In this document: positions 18,909 through 28,703 of the stretch, piece after piece
How the letters are laid out: each line of letters begins with the position of its first letter
Position numbering within the stretch: position 1 is the stretch's first letter
From: Dehalococcoidia bacterium
GTDB lineage: Bacteria; Chloroflexota; Dehalococcoidia; Lucifugimonadales; UBA3495
Length of the DNA stretch: 62,105 bases
Direction of reading: 5' to 3'
Assembly (NCBI GenBank): GCA_034428715.1
Contig: DAOUHE010000175.1
Location: 1-62,105 of the forward strand
The notes under the pieces: model-generated
Database searches by the model: none
Seen by the model: the letters and a program-made list of their open reading frames with translations, nothing else
Told to the model about the DNA's origin: nothing
Made by a program: the position numbers and the translations under genes

Positions 18909-19300
18909 CCGTTATGTGTTAGGCTCGAAGTTGCACACTTTCAACCAACCCGACGCCGGATTTACCTGAGTAGCGTCCTGTGGGACCTGGATTGGCCGGC
19001 GGTCCCAATGGGTCGGTTTTACCTCGCTTATTAGTTAAGCTCCGTTTCTAAACCTCCTGTTAAAGACCCCCATCTAGCACCTTCTGCCCAGGGCCTCCAG
19101 GTTAGCCGTTGTACTAACCCGGCTAAAGGCGCCATCTGCCCAAATCTGGGCTGATCACCTTCGCCTTGGATTTTTGGCCGGCATGGCCAGCGTCATCCGA
19201 CGTTCCTATTCCGCGCCGAAATGTTGTGGATCGTGGGCCATGCCGTTTAAGTCTGGCCCCAGCGCCAATTTGGAGATGGAGAGCAATCAAAAACGCACCA

Positions 19301-20209
19301 GTGAGAATAGCGGGACTGGCTTTGGCGGGTATCCTTTGCATCCTGCTGGCTTGTTTCGGCGGAGACCAGCAGGCGTTGCCCCAGGATTTGCCTCCCGTGT
19401 TGCCACCGGTGTTGAAAGTGGGGGGAATCCCAGACCAGGACGCTTCTCGTTTGGTTCGCCGATATGAGATCTTTGCCGATTACCTATCGGACCGGTTGGG
19501 AGTAGAGGTGGAATACGTGCCCACGGTTGACTATCCCGCGGTGGTTACTGCTTTCTCTCAGGGGGGATTAGACCTGGCGTTCTTTGGCGGGTTGACCGGC
19601 GTTCAGGCGCGGCTCAGGAGTCCTGGAAGCCAGGTTATCGCCCAGCGGGAGCAGGATGCCAGGTTCCACACCAAGTTCATCGCCAGGGCTAATCTGCCCA
19701 TCGGTTCGTTGGAAGGGCTGAAAGGTCTGGCCTCAGGTCTCACATTGACGTTCGGCAGCGAAAATTCCACTTCGGGACACTTGATGCCCCGCCATTTTAT
19801 GAGCCAGGCCGGAATCGATCCTGACAATGATTTCCGGTCTCTGCCCAATTACTCGGGTTCTCACGACTTGACCTGGAAATTGGTGGAGAGTGGCTCCTTC
19901 GACGTCGGTGTGCTCAACGAAGATGTCTGGGATCGGGCCGTTGGCGAGAGGCGAGTCGATCTGGAAAAAGTACGGGCGTTTTACACCACGCCGGATTATT
20001 TCGACTACAACTGGACGGTCAATCCCAACATCGAACTCCAGTTCGGCCAAGGGTTCACCGTGAAGTTGACGGACGCGCTTCTAGCACTTGACCCAGTTGA
20101 GCATGGGGAGATCCTCGATCTTTTCAACACCTCGAGGTTCATTGCCAGCCACGATGACAATTATGCCGAGATAGAAACCGTTGCCCGTAACTTGGGGATA
20201 ATTCGATGA
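19301..20209 (+). CDS. phnD: PhnD-family ABC substrate-binding lipoprotein (phosphonate/phosphite; putative selenate-type subfamily)
   Basis: Lipobox ILLAC; IPDQD...DYPAVVTAF...FFGGLTGVQAR; TFGSENSTSGHLMP. Confidence 0.85.
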   Translation: MRIAGLALAGILCILLACFGGDQQALPQDLPPVLPPVLKVGGIPDQDASRLVRRYEIFADYLSDRLGVEVEYVPTVDYPAVVTAFSQGGLDLAFFGGLTGVQARLRSPGSQVIAQREQDARFHTKFIARANLPIGSLEGLKGLASGLTLTFGSENSTSGHLMPRHFMSQAGIDPDNDFRSLPNYSGSHDLTWKLVESGSFDVGVLNEDVWDRAVGERRVDLEKVRAFYTTPDYFDYNWTVNPNIELQFGQGFTVKLTDALLALDPVEHGEILDLFNTSRFIASHDDNYAEIETVARNLGIIR

Positions 20210-21093
20210 CAGTGGCGATGAATCAAGACGGTAATCATAGTTGGTCCCTTGTCGAGGCCCGGGGGATCGCCAAGAGCTATCCCGGAACGGTGGCCCTGGC
20301 TCCGATCAGCTTTTCCATCGAACCTGGGGAGAAGGTGGCGATCGCCGGCCCCAGCGGCAGCGGCAAGACCACTTTGCTGGAGTTGCTGGCTGGAATGGTG
20401 CGGCCGGACCGGGGCGAATTGTGGCTTGATGGCAGGGACCTGGCGCGGTTGAAGCCGGGCAGGGAACTTTCATCGCTAGTGGGTATGATCAACCAGGGGT
20501 ACGACTTGGTGCCGCACCTGCCGGCCATTCACAACGTTCTAGCCGGGCGGCTGGGGGATTGGAGTCTCCTGCGGTCTATGATTTCCATGGTCCGAGTCCG
20601 AGCCAGGGACCGGCATTTGGCCGAGGCGGCGTTGGAGGAGCTGGGCATGGCCGGCAAGCTTTATGAAAGAACGTCCCACTTGTCGGGAGGAGAGCAACAA
20701 CGGCTGGCCGTGGCCAGGGTGATGGTTCAGTCGCCCAAGGTCATTCTCGCTGATGAACCGGTCTCATCGCTGGACCCGGCTAGGGCCGAGGACATGCTGG
20801 ATCTGATGACCGGCCTTGTCGACGATTCGGGTTCGGACGGGCCGTTTCATGCCCCGGACAAGGCCTTGATCGCCACCCTTCATTCACCAGAGTTGATACT
20901 CAAATTCTTCACCAGGGTGATTGGCCTGCGCAATGGCGAGCTCCAGTTCGACCGGCCCGCAGGCAAGGTCAGCATTGAGGACCTCGACGACCTGTATCTG
21001 CTCGAAGGGAATCACTGGCCTGAGGGTTGGGATCACAGCGGGCCTGACGGCGGGCCTGACGGCGGGTTCGATCGAGGTTACGCCGTTGCTTGA
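20206..21093 (+). CDS. phnC: ABC transporter ATP-binding protein, PhnC-like
   Basis: GPSGSGKTT, LSGGEQQR, ILADEPVSSLDP, NVLAGRLG. Confidence 0.9.
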   Translation: MTVAMNQDGNHSWSLVEARGIAKSYPGTVALAPISFSIEPGEKVAIAGPSGSGKTTLLELLAGMVRPDRGELWLDGRDLARLKPGRELSSLVGMINQGYDLVPHLPAIHNVLAGRLGDWSLLRSMISMVRVRARDRHLAEAALEELGMAGKLYERTSHLSGGEQQRLAVARVMVQSPKVILADEPVSSLDPARAEDMLDLMTGLVDDSGSDGPFHAPDKALIATLHSPELILKFFTRVIGLRNGELQFDRPAGKVSIEDLDDLYLLEGNHWPEGWDHSGPDGGPDGGFDRGYAVA

Positions 21094-21862
21094 TGATCGC
21101 CGTCTGCTCACGCTGTTTATGGTGGGGGCGGTGATATTGAGCATAGCCGGCCTCGACTGGGGCGGGCCTGTTCTCCATACGGGAGGGGCTGCTTTGCTGG
21201 GAGAATTCGCCTCTGCCCTGTTCCCGCCCGAGTGGTCCCCGTCATTTCTTAGATTGGCCCTGGCGGCCACCTGGCAGACTTTGGTCTTTGCGGTAGCGGG
21301 AATCACCCTGGCGATCGTGCTGGGTTTACCCCTAGGCGTCGTCGCCTCAGGCGCGGTTTTTGGCTCTGGGAGTTCTTCCCCGGCGCCCATCGCGGCAGCC
21401 CGGTTCTTCCTGGCGGCCGTTCGCTCGATTCACGAGTTGGTGTGGGCGGTGTTGTTCGTGGCCGCTTTCGGGTTGTCGTCTTTGACGGCGATCCTGGCGT
21501 TGGCCCTCCCCTACTCCGGAATCTTGGGAAGGATCTATGCCGATCTTTTCAACAGCGTGCCCCAAGAGCCGCTTCAGGCGTTGCGGGTGTCGGGCGCCTC
21601 ACCCTTCAGGGTGTTTTTATACGGAAGGCTGCCAATGGCCCTGCCCGATGCCGTGGGCTATACGTTCTACCGGTTTGAATGCGCGATCCGGTCGGCGGCC
21701 ATCATGAGCTTCGTGGGTATACGCGGCCTGGGGTTTGAGATACAGCTTTCCCTCAACGACCTATTGTTTAGCCAGGTTTGGACCTTGATCTTATTCTTGT
21801 TGGTTCTGGTGCTGGTGGTTGACCGGTGGAGCAGCAGGGTGAGGCAGAGCCTGATGACATGA
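21086..21862 (+). CDS. phnE: PhnE-like ABC permease
   Basis: RSIHELVWAVLF..AFG, GRIYAD..., YRFECAIRSA..MSFVG. Confidence 0.85.
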   Translation: MLDDRRLLTLFMVGAVILSIAGLDWGGPVLHTGGAALLGEFASALFPPEWSPSFLRLALAATWQTLVFAVAGITLAIVLGLPLGVVASGAVFGSGSSSPAPIAAARFFLAAVRSIHELVWAVLFVAAFGLSSLTAILALALPYSGILGRIYADLFNSVPQEPLQALRVSGASPFRVFLYGRLPMALPDAVGYTFYRFECAIRSAAIMSFVGIRGLGFEIQLSLNDLLFSQVWTLILFLLVLVLVVDRWSSRVRQSLMT

Positions 21863-21923
21863 CGGCCTTTCAACCAACCAGAAAGATTACGGGAATCAAC
21901 GGCGTTAGGCGCTGTGGGCGCGT

Positions 21924-22754
21924 ATGAGTTTCGCCCGCGCATCTTTCTACGGGTTTTTGCTGCTGGCGGTGCTGTCATGGGGATACCTTCTGCTGGGAGA
22001 CGACAGCGGCCTCGACGAATTTTCGTCGTCCAAGACGTGGTGCAACGCGTCACGGTTCATTCAAGAGTTGGTTGGCGTGAATTCCCAGGCCAAGCCCGCG
22101 TTTATGAGTCTGGACCGGTGGGCCGCTACGGGGAGGTTGGCCTACCAGACCCTCGCCATGAGTGTTCTGGCCATTTGCATGGCCGGCGTGGCGGTTCTGG
22201 TGACTTTTCTGCCGGGGGCTCGAAATGTCGGAAATGGTGAGCTGGGCGGAGCGGTCTCTCGAGGTTGGAGCCTGCTTTATTATTTGGTGCGGGTGATATT
22301 CGCCGTCACCCGGGCGGTGCCGGAGCTGGTTTGGGCGCTTCTACTGGTGTTCATTTTTTCTCCGGGGATCTTGGCGGGGGCGGTGGCCCTGGCGATTCAC
22401 AACTATGGGGTGCTGGGGAAACTTTCTTCGGAAGTGGTCGAGAACCTGGACCCCGCTCCGGCCAAGGCATTGAGGACGGCCGGGGCCAGCAACCTGCAGA
22501 TGCTGCTTTACGGGATCATTCCTCAAGCGCTTCCCCATTTCATGACCTACCTGCTCTACCGTTGGGAGGTGGTGATACGCACCACCGTGGTGGTGGGGTT
22601 TGTCAGCGCCGGGGGATTGGGGCGGGAGTTGCGGTTGAGCTTGAGCTTTTTCCACTACACTGACGTGGCCCAAATAATCATCTGGTACCTGATTCTGGTG
22701 CTGGCGGTGGACCTGGCGGCCGCCTGGCTGCGCCGCCTGGCCAGGTTTGAATAA
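21924..22754 (+). CDS. phnE: PhnE-like ABC permease (second copy)
   Basis: RAVPELVWALL, GKLSSE.VE, YRWEVVIR..VVVGFVSAGGLG. Confidence 0.85.
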   Translation: MSFARASFYGFLLLAVLSWGYLLLGDDSGLDEFSSSKTWCNASRFIQELVGVNSQAKPAFMSLDRWAATGRLAYQTLAMSVLAICMAGVAVLVTFLPGARNVGNGELGGAVSRGWSLLYYLVRVIFAVTRAVPELVWALLLVFIFSPGILAGAVALAIHNYGVLGKLSSEVVENLDPAPAKALRTAGASNLQMLLYGIIPQALPHFMTYLLYRWEVVIRTTVVVGFVSAGGLGRELRLSLSFFHYTDVAQIIIWYLILVLAVDLAAAWLRRLARFE

Positions 22755-22761
22755 ACGGGAT

Positions 22762-23361
22762 TTAGCCTCGTGGCCGTGGACTTGTCGGGGTAAAGCTGCG
22801 GAAATGAAACAGAACCCATGCACTGAAGCCAAACAAGAAGGTCAATATCGTTTCTTTAATGTTACCTAAATTTTTAGCAGTCACCGTTGCCGGCAGCTTA
22901 TCAAACCAGTGTTGCCCGGTGGCATTATAGGTCCACCAGATCAGGAGAACTTGATACGGTACCCTCACTAGCAAATAGATTGGACCAATGCCATGCCCGC
23001 CAAAGTCCACGTAGTTGAAAGCTGCGTAAAAGTTAATTGGGAGAAAGCCGATTAGCATCAAAATCAAGGCGATGCCGACGAGTCGTCGCATGACAGGTAT
23101 CCACAATCCGATTGCGCCAATTAATTCGAAAACACCAGTAATGTAAATAGTTTCTTCAGGGTATGGGAGGAAAGGTGGCACCATTTGGGCCATGCCGAGG
23201 GTTCGAATGTAATGCCCTACACCGGTGAAAAGGAACAAGAACGAAAGCCCGACCCTCCCACGGGTTGCTGCCGAAACTCTGAATCCGGGAATAACCCGAT
23301 CGGCAAGAGTAACTGCAAAGAACGGAACCGTCAGAATCAATACGAGTACCAGCAATATCAT
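22762..23361 (-). CDS. DoxX-like membrane protein
   Basis: LFLFTGVGHY...MVPPFLP...ITGVFELIGAIGL. Confidence 0.75.
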   Translation of the reverse strand: MILLVLVLILTVPFFAVTLADRVIPGFRVSAATRGRVGLSFLFLFTGVGHYIRTLGMAQMVPPFLPYPEETIYITGVFELIGAIGLWIPVMRRLVGIALILMLIGFLPINFYAAFNYVDFGGHGIGPIYLLVRVPYQVLLIWWTYNATGQHWFDKLPATVTAKNLGNIKETILTFLFGFSAWVLFHFRSFTPTSPRPRG

Positions 23362-23489
23362 TATGGGCTAACCCCGTTGACGCGCCAATAAGTCCATGCC
23401 AACAGTTTGGAGCTTTAGGAATCTCCCGTTGTCAAACTGTCGAGAATCGCATTACTTCAACAGGTTTGATCAGTCCATAATCGGCGCGC

Positions 23490-24260
23490 TTACTCCATGT
23501 TCACTTGGTAGATGACCTGTATCACCCGGCCTTCACGCATTGCGTCGAAGTAGGGCTGGGGACGGGATGGGTTTTGCAACCAACGGCGGGCGAAGTAGGC
23601 ACACATGTTGGCCAATTGGGTCCCCACCGAGTATTCGGCGTCAACGAAGCAGAAGTTCTCCAGCACGGCCGTTGTGTCCCGCCCATCCTCCGACTTGAGG
23701 AATTCAGCCATGAACCTGGGTTCCACCGACTGGCCGGCTCCGGCCACTACCATGGCGAAATCGGCTATGGGCCATTCGGTTTCCATGAGTTGGGTTTCGT
23801 TCAGGTGTCCCATGTTCAACTCATCGATGAACATGTTCAGCGCGAAGAGGAACCGGCTGATGGCGGGTTCCGATGGGGCTTCCCACATGGAATTGGGGTT
23901 GTCGCTGCTGGCCCGCGCTTCGGCGAATTCCTGTTTGTTGATGTGGGCGACTATGACCGGGGTTTCCCGGCGGATAAGGATGCTCAAACAGTCCTGGATG
24001 AGCTCGCCCCTTTTGGCTGGAGACCATGATTTGAAGTGCCCCAGGCCCTGGAAGACATGGGCGGGGCGAATCTCTTTAGGCATTCCCTGCTCACCGGGAG
24101 GTCCGCCGAAGTGCCTCCGGAAAAGAGCGTTGAACTCGCCATTGATGGATATGGACTGAGACTCATGCACCAACAGCCCCGTGTGGACCTGATGAGGCTG
24201 ATTGGGGTCGTTTACGCTGGTGCCAGTGTTTCCCGACTCGCCGAGATATACCAGAAACAA
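23490..24260 (-). CDS. DUF3800-family protein (variant motifs)
   Basis: N-terminal VYLGESGNTG (family DESG) and C-terminal QLANMCAY (family QLAD). Confidence 0.6.
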   Translation of the reverse strand: MFLVYLGESGNTGTSVNDPNQPHQVHTGLLVHESQSISINGEFNALFRRHFGGPPGEQGMPKEIRPAHVFQGLGHFKSWSPAKRGELIQDCLSILIRRETPVIVAHINKQEFAEARASSDNPNSMWEAPSEPAISRFLFALNMFIDELNMGHLNETQLMETEWPIADFAMVVAGAGQSVEPRFMAEFLKSEDGRDTTAVLENFCFVDAEYSVGTQLANMCAYFARRWLQNPSRPQPYFDAMREGRVIQVIYQVNME

Positions 24261-24378
24261 AACTTAGCCTCCGTTTGAAAAAGAAAAGACCCACGAGACA
24301 TCAATAGGACTCATTGGACAACAATAGTCCCCCCGGCCATCCCCGAGCCAAACGCCGTCGCAGGTGATTGGCAGCCTG

Positions 24379-25014
24379 CTATTCCGGAGTCTCTTCTGGC
24401 GTCTCTTCTTCCGTGGCTTCCCCTTCTTCAGGAACGGCTTCGACTTCCACCCTGGGCAGCTCAATACGGACTATCACAAATTCAGCATCGGTGAGCCGGG
24501 TGACGTTGGCAGGCAGACCTATGTCACCTGCTCTGATGACACCGTCAGGTTCGGTAAGAATGGAAAGGTCAATCTCCACCTGGCTCGGCATCTCCAACGG
24601 AAGGGCTTCCACATCCAGGGTACGGAGTTGGTGCATGATAGTGCCGCTGACGCTTCTGGCGCCCGGGGATTCGCCCACCAGTAGAATCGGCACTTGGGCA
24701 GACACCGCGCGGGACGTGTCGGCCACCAGAAGGTCGACGTGGATGATGTCGTCTCGTTTAGGGTCCCACTGAATCTCCCTGGCGAAGGCCAGTCGGGTGC
24801 CTGACTCACCCGTGATGGTGATGCTGATGGGAGTACTTCCGCCGGCGGCTGATAAGACCTGGATGAGCCTTTGGGCCTGGCATTGCAGCGGGCGGGACTC
24901 CACTCCGGCGCCGTACAGATGCACGGGAATGATCCCCGCTTTACGCAGGCGGCTTACTTTTTTCCCCAAGACCTCCCGGGGTTCCAATTCTAAGGTGGTC
25001 GCACCGGTGGTCAT
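24379..25014 (-). CDS. rplY: 50S ribosomal protein L25/Ctc
   Basis: REVLGKKVSRLRKAGIIP..LYG...REIQWDP....IIHVDL; acidic tail. Confidence 0.93.
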   Translation of the reverse strand: MTTGATTLELEPREVLGKKVSRLRKAGIIPVHLYGAGVESRPLQCQAQRLIQVLSAAGGSTPISITITGESGTRLAFAREIQWDPKRDDIIHVDLLVADTSRAVSAQVPILLVGESPGARSVSGTIMHQLRTLDVEALPLEMPSQVEIDLSILTEPDGVIRAGDIGLPANVTRLTDAEFVIVRIELPRVEVEAVPEEGEATEEETPEETPE

Positions 25015-25256
25015 GGCGGTTTTGTCTCCAAAATCAGCTTTGTTCTACGGAATGGGCAGGGCATAAGCCAGCGTTGACCAGCCTTGCCCAACCGGATAAT
25101 GATAGCATCCTGCGAGAACAAATAAAACATTGAAGAGTTGGCGGCGATGACCGGTGGGTCGCGGCCGCTAAATGGCAGCCCGTAAAAGTGAGATGGAAGG
25201 GGCCGTTTCTTGACAAGCGGGTTATTATTGGTTTGATTCTTGTCCGGAGGAACCCA

Positions 25257-26171
25257 ATGGCGTCACAATCGGTAGGTATGAGCCTGTATGAAGCTGCTAG
25301 GGGCATGGGCGTGTCTTTTGCCCAAGAATACCAGCCAACGGACAAGACGGTTCGTGCCAACAACTTGAATTTTCATTATCTGGAATGGGGGAATCCGGCC
25401 AACCCCAAGATTTTGATGCTCCATGGAGTTTCCCAGCAAGCCCATAGCTGGGATTTTGTTGCCCTGGCCCTGTCGGACCGGTTCAATGTCTTGGCTTTGG
25501 ACCAGCGGGGACACGGCGACAGCGATTGGGCCCCCGACGGCGACTATTCGCTAGAGGCTCAGCAATCGGATATCGACGCGGTGGTGGACGCTCTTGGGCT
25601 GAACGGGTTTACGTTGATGGGCCATTCCATGGGGGGCAGGAACAGCTACGTTTGGGCTTCCCGCCATCCCAAGGTCCTCGACGCGCTGGTCATCGTTGAC
25701 ACCGGCCCGCAGGGACAAAGAGCCGGCCGGGAGCGGATACAGCGGTTTCAGCAGCTACCCGATGAATTGGACTCCTTTGAGGAGTTTGCGGACCGGGTCC
25801 AGGAATACACCGGACGGCAGCGGGAACAGGTTGTGGGCGCGTTGAAGTACAGCATTCGCGAAAGGCCCGACGGCAAGTGGTCGTGGAAGTACGACAAAGT
25901 CCTGCGCACTCCCGGTGCCAGGGCCCCCGGTTGGGAATCCGACCGTTTGTGGGAATGTGTAAAGAAGATAGATTGCCCCACGTTAGTGGTCAGGGGCGAG
26001 CGCAGCGATATATTTGCTGACGAAACGCTTAACCGAATGCGGGACGAGATTCCCGACTGCTCCATCGCTACCATCGCCAGGGCTGGTCATCTGGTTCAGG
26101 GAGACAATCCGGCAGACTTTTTGGCCGAGGCCGAAAAACTGCTGGCAAGGGTGTACAGCTCCGCAGCGTAA
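25257..26171 (+). CDS. Alpha/beta hydrolase
   Basis: MLHG, DQRGHGDS, GHSMGG nucleophile elbow, AGHLVQGDNP. Confidence 0.9.
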   Translation: MASQSVGMSLYEAARGMGVSFAQEYQPTDKTVRANNLNFHYLEWGNPANPKILMLHGVSQQAHSWDFVALALSDRFNVLALDQRGHGDSDWAPDGDYSLEAQQSDIDAVVDALGLNGFTLMGHSMGGRNSYVWASRHPKVLDALVIVDTGPQGQRAGRERIQRFQQLPDELDSFEEFADRVQEYTGRQREQVVGALKYSIRERPDGKWSWKYDKVLRTPGARAPGWESDRLWECVKKIDCPTLVVRGERSDIFADETLNRMRDEIPDCSIATIARAGHLVQGDNPADFLAEAEKLLARVYSSAA

Positions 26172-26187
26172 CCGGCGTATCTGTGAT

Positions 26188-27435
26188 TTACCCCACCAGC
26201 CTGGGGATCAAATCGCCGAGGGCGAAGCCGATTCCCGCCGATACCACGCCGATGCCCACGATCTCCAGCCCCTGTAGCAAGGGCGATTTCTGAACGATTC
26301 TCCCTTTGCCCACTCCCAAGATGAACAGACCAAAGAGTGAAGCCGCCACAGACACGGGGATGGCGGTTTTGCCGTCTAGGAATAGGTATGGGGCAATGGG
26401 AACAAACGCCGCCACCACGAATGACACCCCCATGACAAAGGCGTCTTTTACGGGGTTGGTGGTTTCCTCGGGGCTGATGCCGATCTCCTTCTCGATCAGA
26501 GTGCGCAGCCAAAGGTCTTTGTCCTGGGATATCTCGTCGGCCATCTGGCTTGCTTCTTCGTAGGTCCTTCCTTCCCGTTGGAATATCACCACCAACTCGG
26601 CCAGTTCCTCGGCCGGATTTTCTTCCAGTTCCTTTGCTTCTCTGGCGATCTCCGCCTGCCGCACGTCTTGTTCTGCCCGGGATCCCAAATAGGCGCCGGT
26701 GGCCATTGAGATCATCCCGGCAAGCGCGGCCGCTAGGCCGGCCACCAGCACGGTGGAGGTGTCTCCCACCGCGACGGCGATCGAGGTCACCAGGGCTACG
26801 GTGCTGAGGATGCCGTCCTGGGCGCCGAACACCACTTCCCTGAGCCTCCCCAGAGAAGCCACCCTCCAGCGCTCCCGGTCCACCTCCATGGCGGCGGCCA
26901 CATATGTGTCGAGGTCGCCGATGTCCAGTGAAATGTTGGCGGCTTGGTCATTGGGACTGGGTGAGGCCGCGGAAACGGCAGTGTCGGAAGCAGTTACTAC
27001 AGACTGTGGTAGTGGTTGGGGCAGCCCGGCCTGTTTCGCTTCCAATAGCTCCAGGGTGCGGGTGAATACTTCCAGGTGGTGGCGTTCCCGGTCCATGGCT
27101 AGGGAAAAGGATTCGGCGGCATCACGCCGCCCTTCCGCCCGCGCGTCACGAATCATCCGGGGATACATGGTGCTGAACTCTTTAGATTCGCCGGCGGTGA
27201 CGTTGCGCAGGTTGGTCAGTGTGGGGCCGATCTCGCCGGAAACCCGCATGTGGTTGATACCGTGTATGGTTTCGGCGCCGGCTACCTCTTGAAAGACCTG
27301 GGCGACTTCCGGCAGGCCCTCCTCCAGCGCTTTGTGGGCGTAGGCGTTGTATTTGAGATACGCCATGGCTTCGCCCACGATGGCATTCCACAGGTTCCTG
27401 TCGGTTTTGCTTAAATCGGGTAAATCTGAAGCCAT
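26188..27435 (-). CDS. Rubrerythrin-like di-iron domain fused to VIT1/CCC1 transporter
   Basis: GEAMAYLKY..YA..A..EG...AETIH, AGESKE...MYP, ERHH; C-terminal VVFGAQDG...AGMISMATGAYL...FVPIAPY. Confidence 0.85.
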   Translation of the reverse strand: MASDLPDLSKTDRNLWNAIVGEAMAYLKYNAYAHKALEEGLPEVAQVFQEVAGAETIHGINHMRVSGEIGPTLTNLRNVTAGESKEFSTMYPRMIRDARAEGRRDAAESFSLAMDRERHHLEVFTRTLELLEAKQAGLPQPLPQSVVTASDTAVSAASPSPNDQAANISLDIGDLDTYVAAAMEVDRERWRVASLGRLREVVFGAQDGILSTVALVTSIAVAVGDTSTVLVAGLAAALAGMISMATGAYLGSRAEQDVRQAEIAREAKELEENPAEELAELVVIFQREGRTYEEASQMADEISQDKDLWLRTLIEKEIGISPEETTNPVKDAFVMGVSFVVAAFVPIAPYLFLDGKTAIPVSVAASLFGLFILGVGKGRIVQKSPLLQGLEIVGIGVVSAGIGFALGDLIPRLVG

Positions 27436-27863
27436 ATCGGCGTTCCTTCGTACGGTTTGGCTTGCGATTCGGGAGGAATTGCGTAGAAAGCCGGGCTGGT
27501 AGACAAACTCGGAAGGAGGCCGGCACCCGGTTCAATGTTGATGGCTATATTTTAACAGGCTTAGGATGGCCTCGACACTGTGGCAGAGCCTGACCGAAAC
27601 ACAGCGTGTCCATTCCCAGCTACCGGCTTATCGCCCCTAGCCGCGTACTACCGAGTCAAGTCTTTCGCCAGATTTCGTTTCCTGTTAAGCTTTTGGAAAA
27701 CAGATGATGGGTAGCGCGAAGGACTGGTTGGATCGTGCGGTTTTGCGATTGCTATTTTCGAATGATATTGTATCTTGGCGGCAGAACCGTTGACGCATAT
27801 GGCTCGGCGGCCTGGCTGGGCCGTGACGAGGGGGATTAGGTACTTGGCTGATTATCCTACCAG

Positions 27864-28265
27864 ATGTCCAGTGCCATGGGTCTCTTAGCCCTTTTAATAG
27901 AGTTCCTTTTCACGCCTGGCAGCGTAGACTTAGCAAAGGAGCAGTATGGCATCGGGGTGTTCGCCATAGCCGCTGGACTGGTTGGCCTGGTAGTGGTTTC
28001 AGCGGACTTCATGCTCTATCGAGTAAGGGAGACATCAGTACTCAAGTTGTCATACATCTTTCCCAACGCTTTCTTGCTCTGGATATTTTGGGGCCTGGGA
28101 GCCGCCCTTGGAGCATTTTTGGGAGCTATCACCGATATAGTCCAGCTGAGCGTCCAATCATCTGCGGTGGTGGGCATCACCTGGCCCCTGCTCCTGCCGA
28201 GACTGGTGCAGGCTCCCGAGTCCGAACAGGCGGAACAAGAGGCTGGAATTGAGGATCAACCATGA
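27864..28265 (+). CDS. Hypothetical membrane protein (3-4 TM)
   Basis: Hydrophobic segments and acidic tail; ATGA coupling to next ORF. Confidence 0.55.
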   Translation: MSSAMGLLALLIEFLFTPGSVDLAKEQYGIGVFAIAAGLVGLVVVSADFMLYRVRETSVLKLSYIFPNAFLLWIFWGLGAALGAFLGAITDIVQLSVQSSAVVGITWPLLLPRLVQAPESEQAEQEAGIEDQP

Positions 28266-28687
28266 CGCAGTTTTTGTTTGGCCGGCGGGGGTTCTATGAC
28301 GAAACGGAGATCATCGACTATGCAAAGAACTCAGCGGGCTATGATGGTGAGGACCTGCTAACGGCCCGAGCCCTCTTGATCTTCCGAACGAATATCCAGC
28401 ATACGTGGCTGGTTGCGTCAGCCGAAAGGCTCTATTGCCTTTTGGACGATGTAAGGGAGGATCGGCCCCATATCAATTGGTGGTTCCGGAAAGCCGAGCT
28501 TGTGCAAGATGGCCAAGTTGTAGTGCCAATTAGGGCTCATGAGCGAGGTGGTAGAAAGTCGAAGGAGAATCTTGGGCTTGTGGATATCGGGGACCGTCAC
28601 AGGAACTGGCTTTACAGCAAGCGGCTGTTTGCTGATGGAGGCATCGACTCAAGCATTAAGGTTCTCATCGCGGGTACCATGGTGTAG
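28262..28687 (+). CDS. Hypothetical protein
   Basis: 141-aa ORF with globular composition, coupled to upstream ORF. Confidence 0.6.
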   Translation: MTQFLFGRRGFYDETEIIDYAKNSAGYDGEDLLTARALLIFRTNIQHTWLVASAERLYCLLDDVREDRPHINWWFRKAELVQDGQVVVPIRAHERGGRKSKENLGLVDIGDRHRNWLYSKRLFADGGIDSSIKVLIAGTMV

Positions 28688-28703
28688 CTCTGCACCATTG
28701 GGG

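Noticed and set aside
21041-21075. 12-bp tandem repeat (GGGCCTGACGGC x2) at the phnC 3' end
   Set aside because: Short in-frame low-complexity tail (GPDG GPDG); no evidence of function
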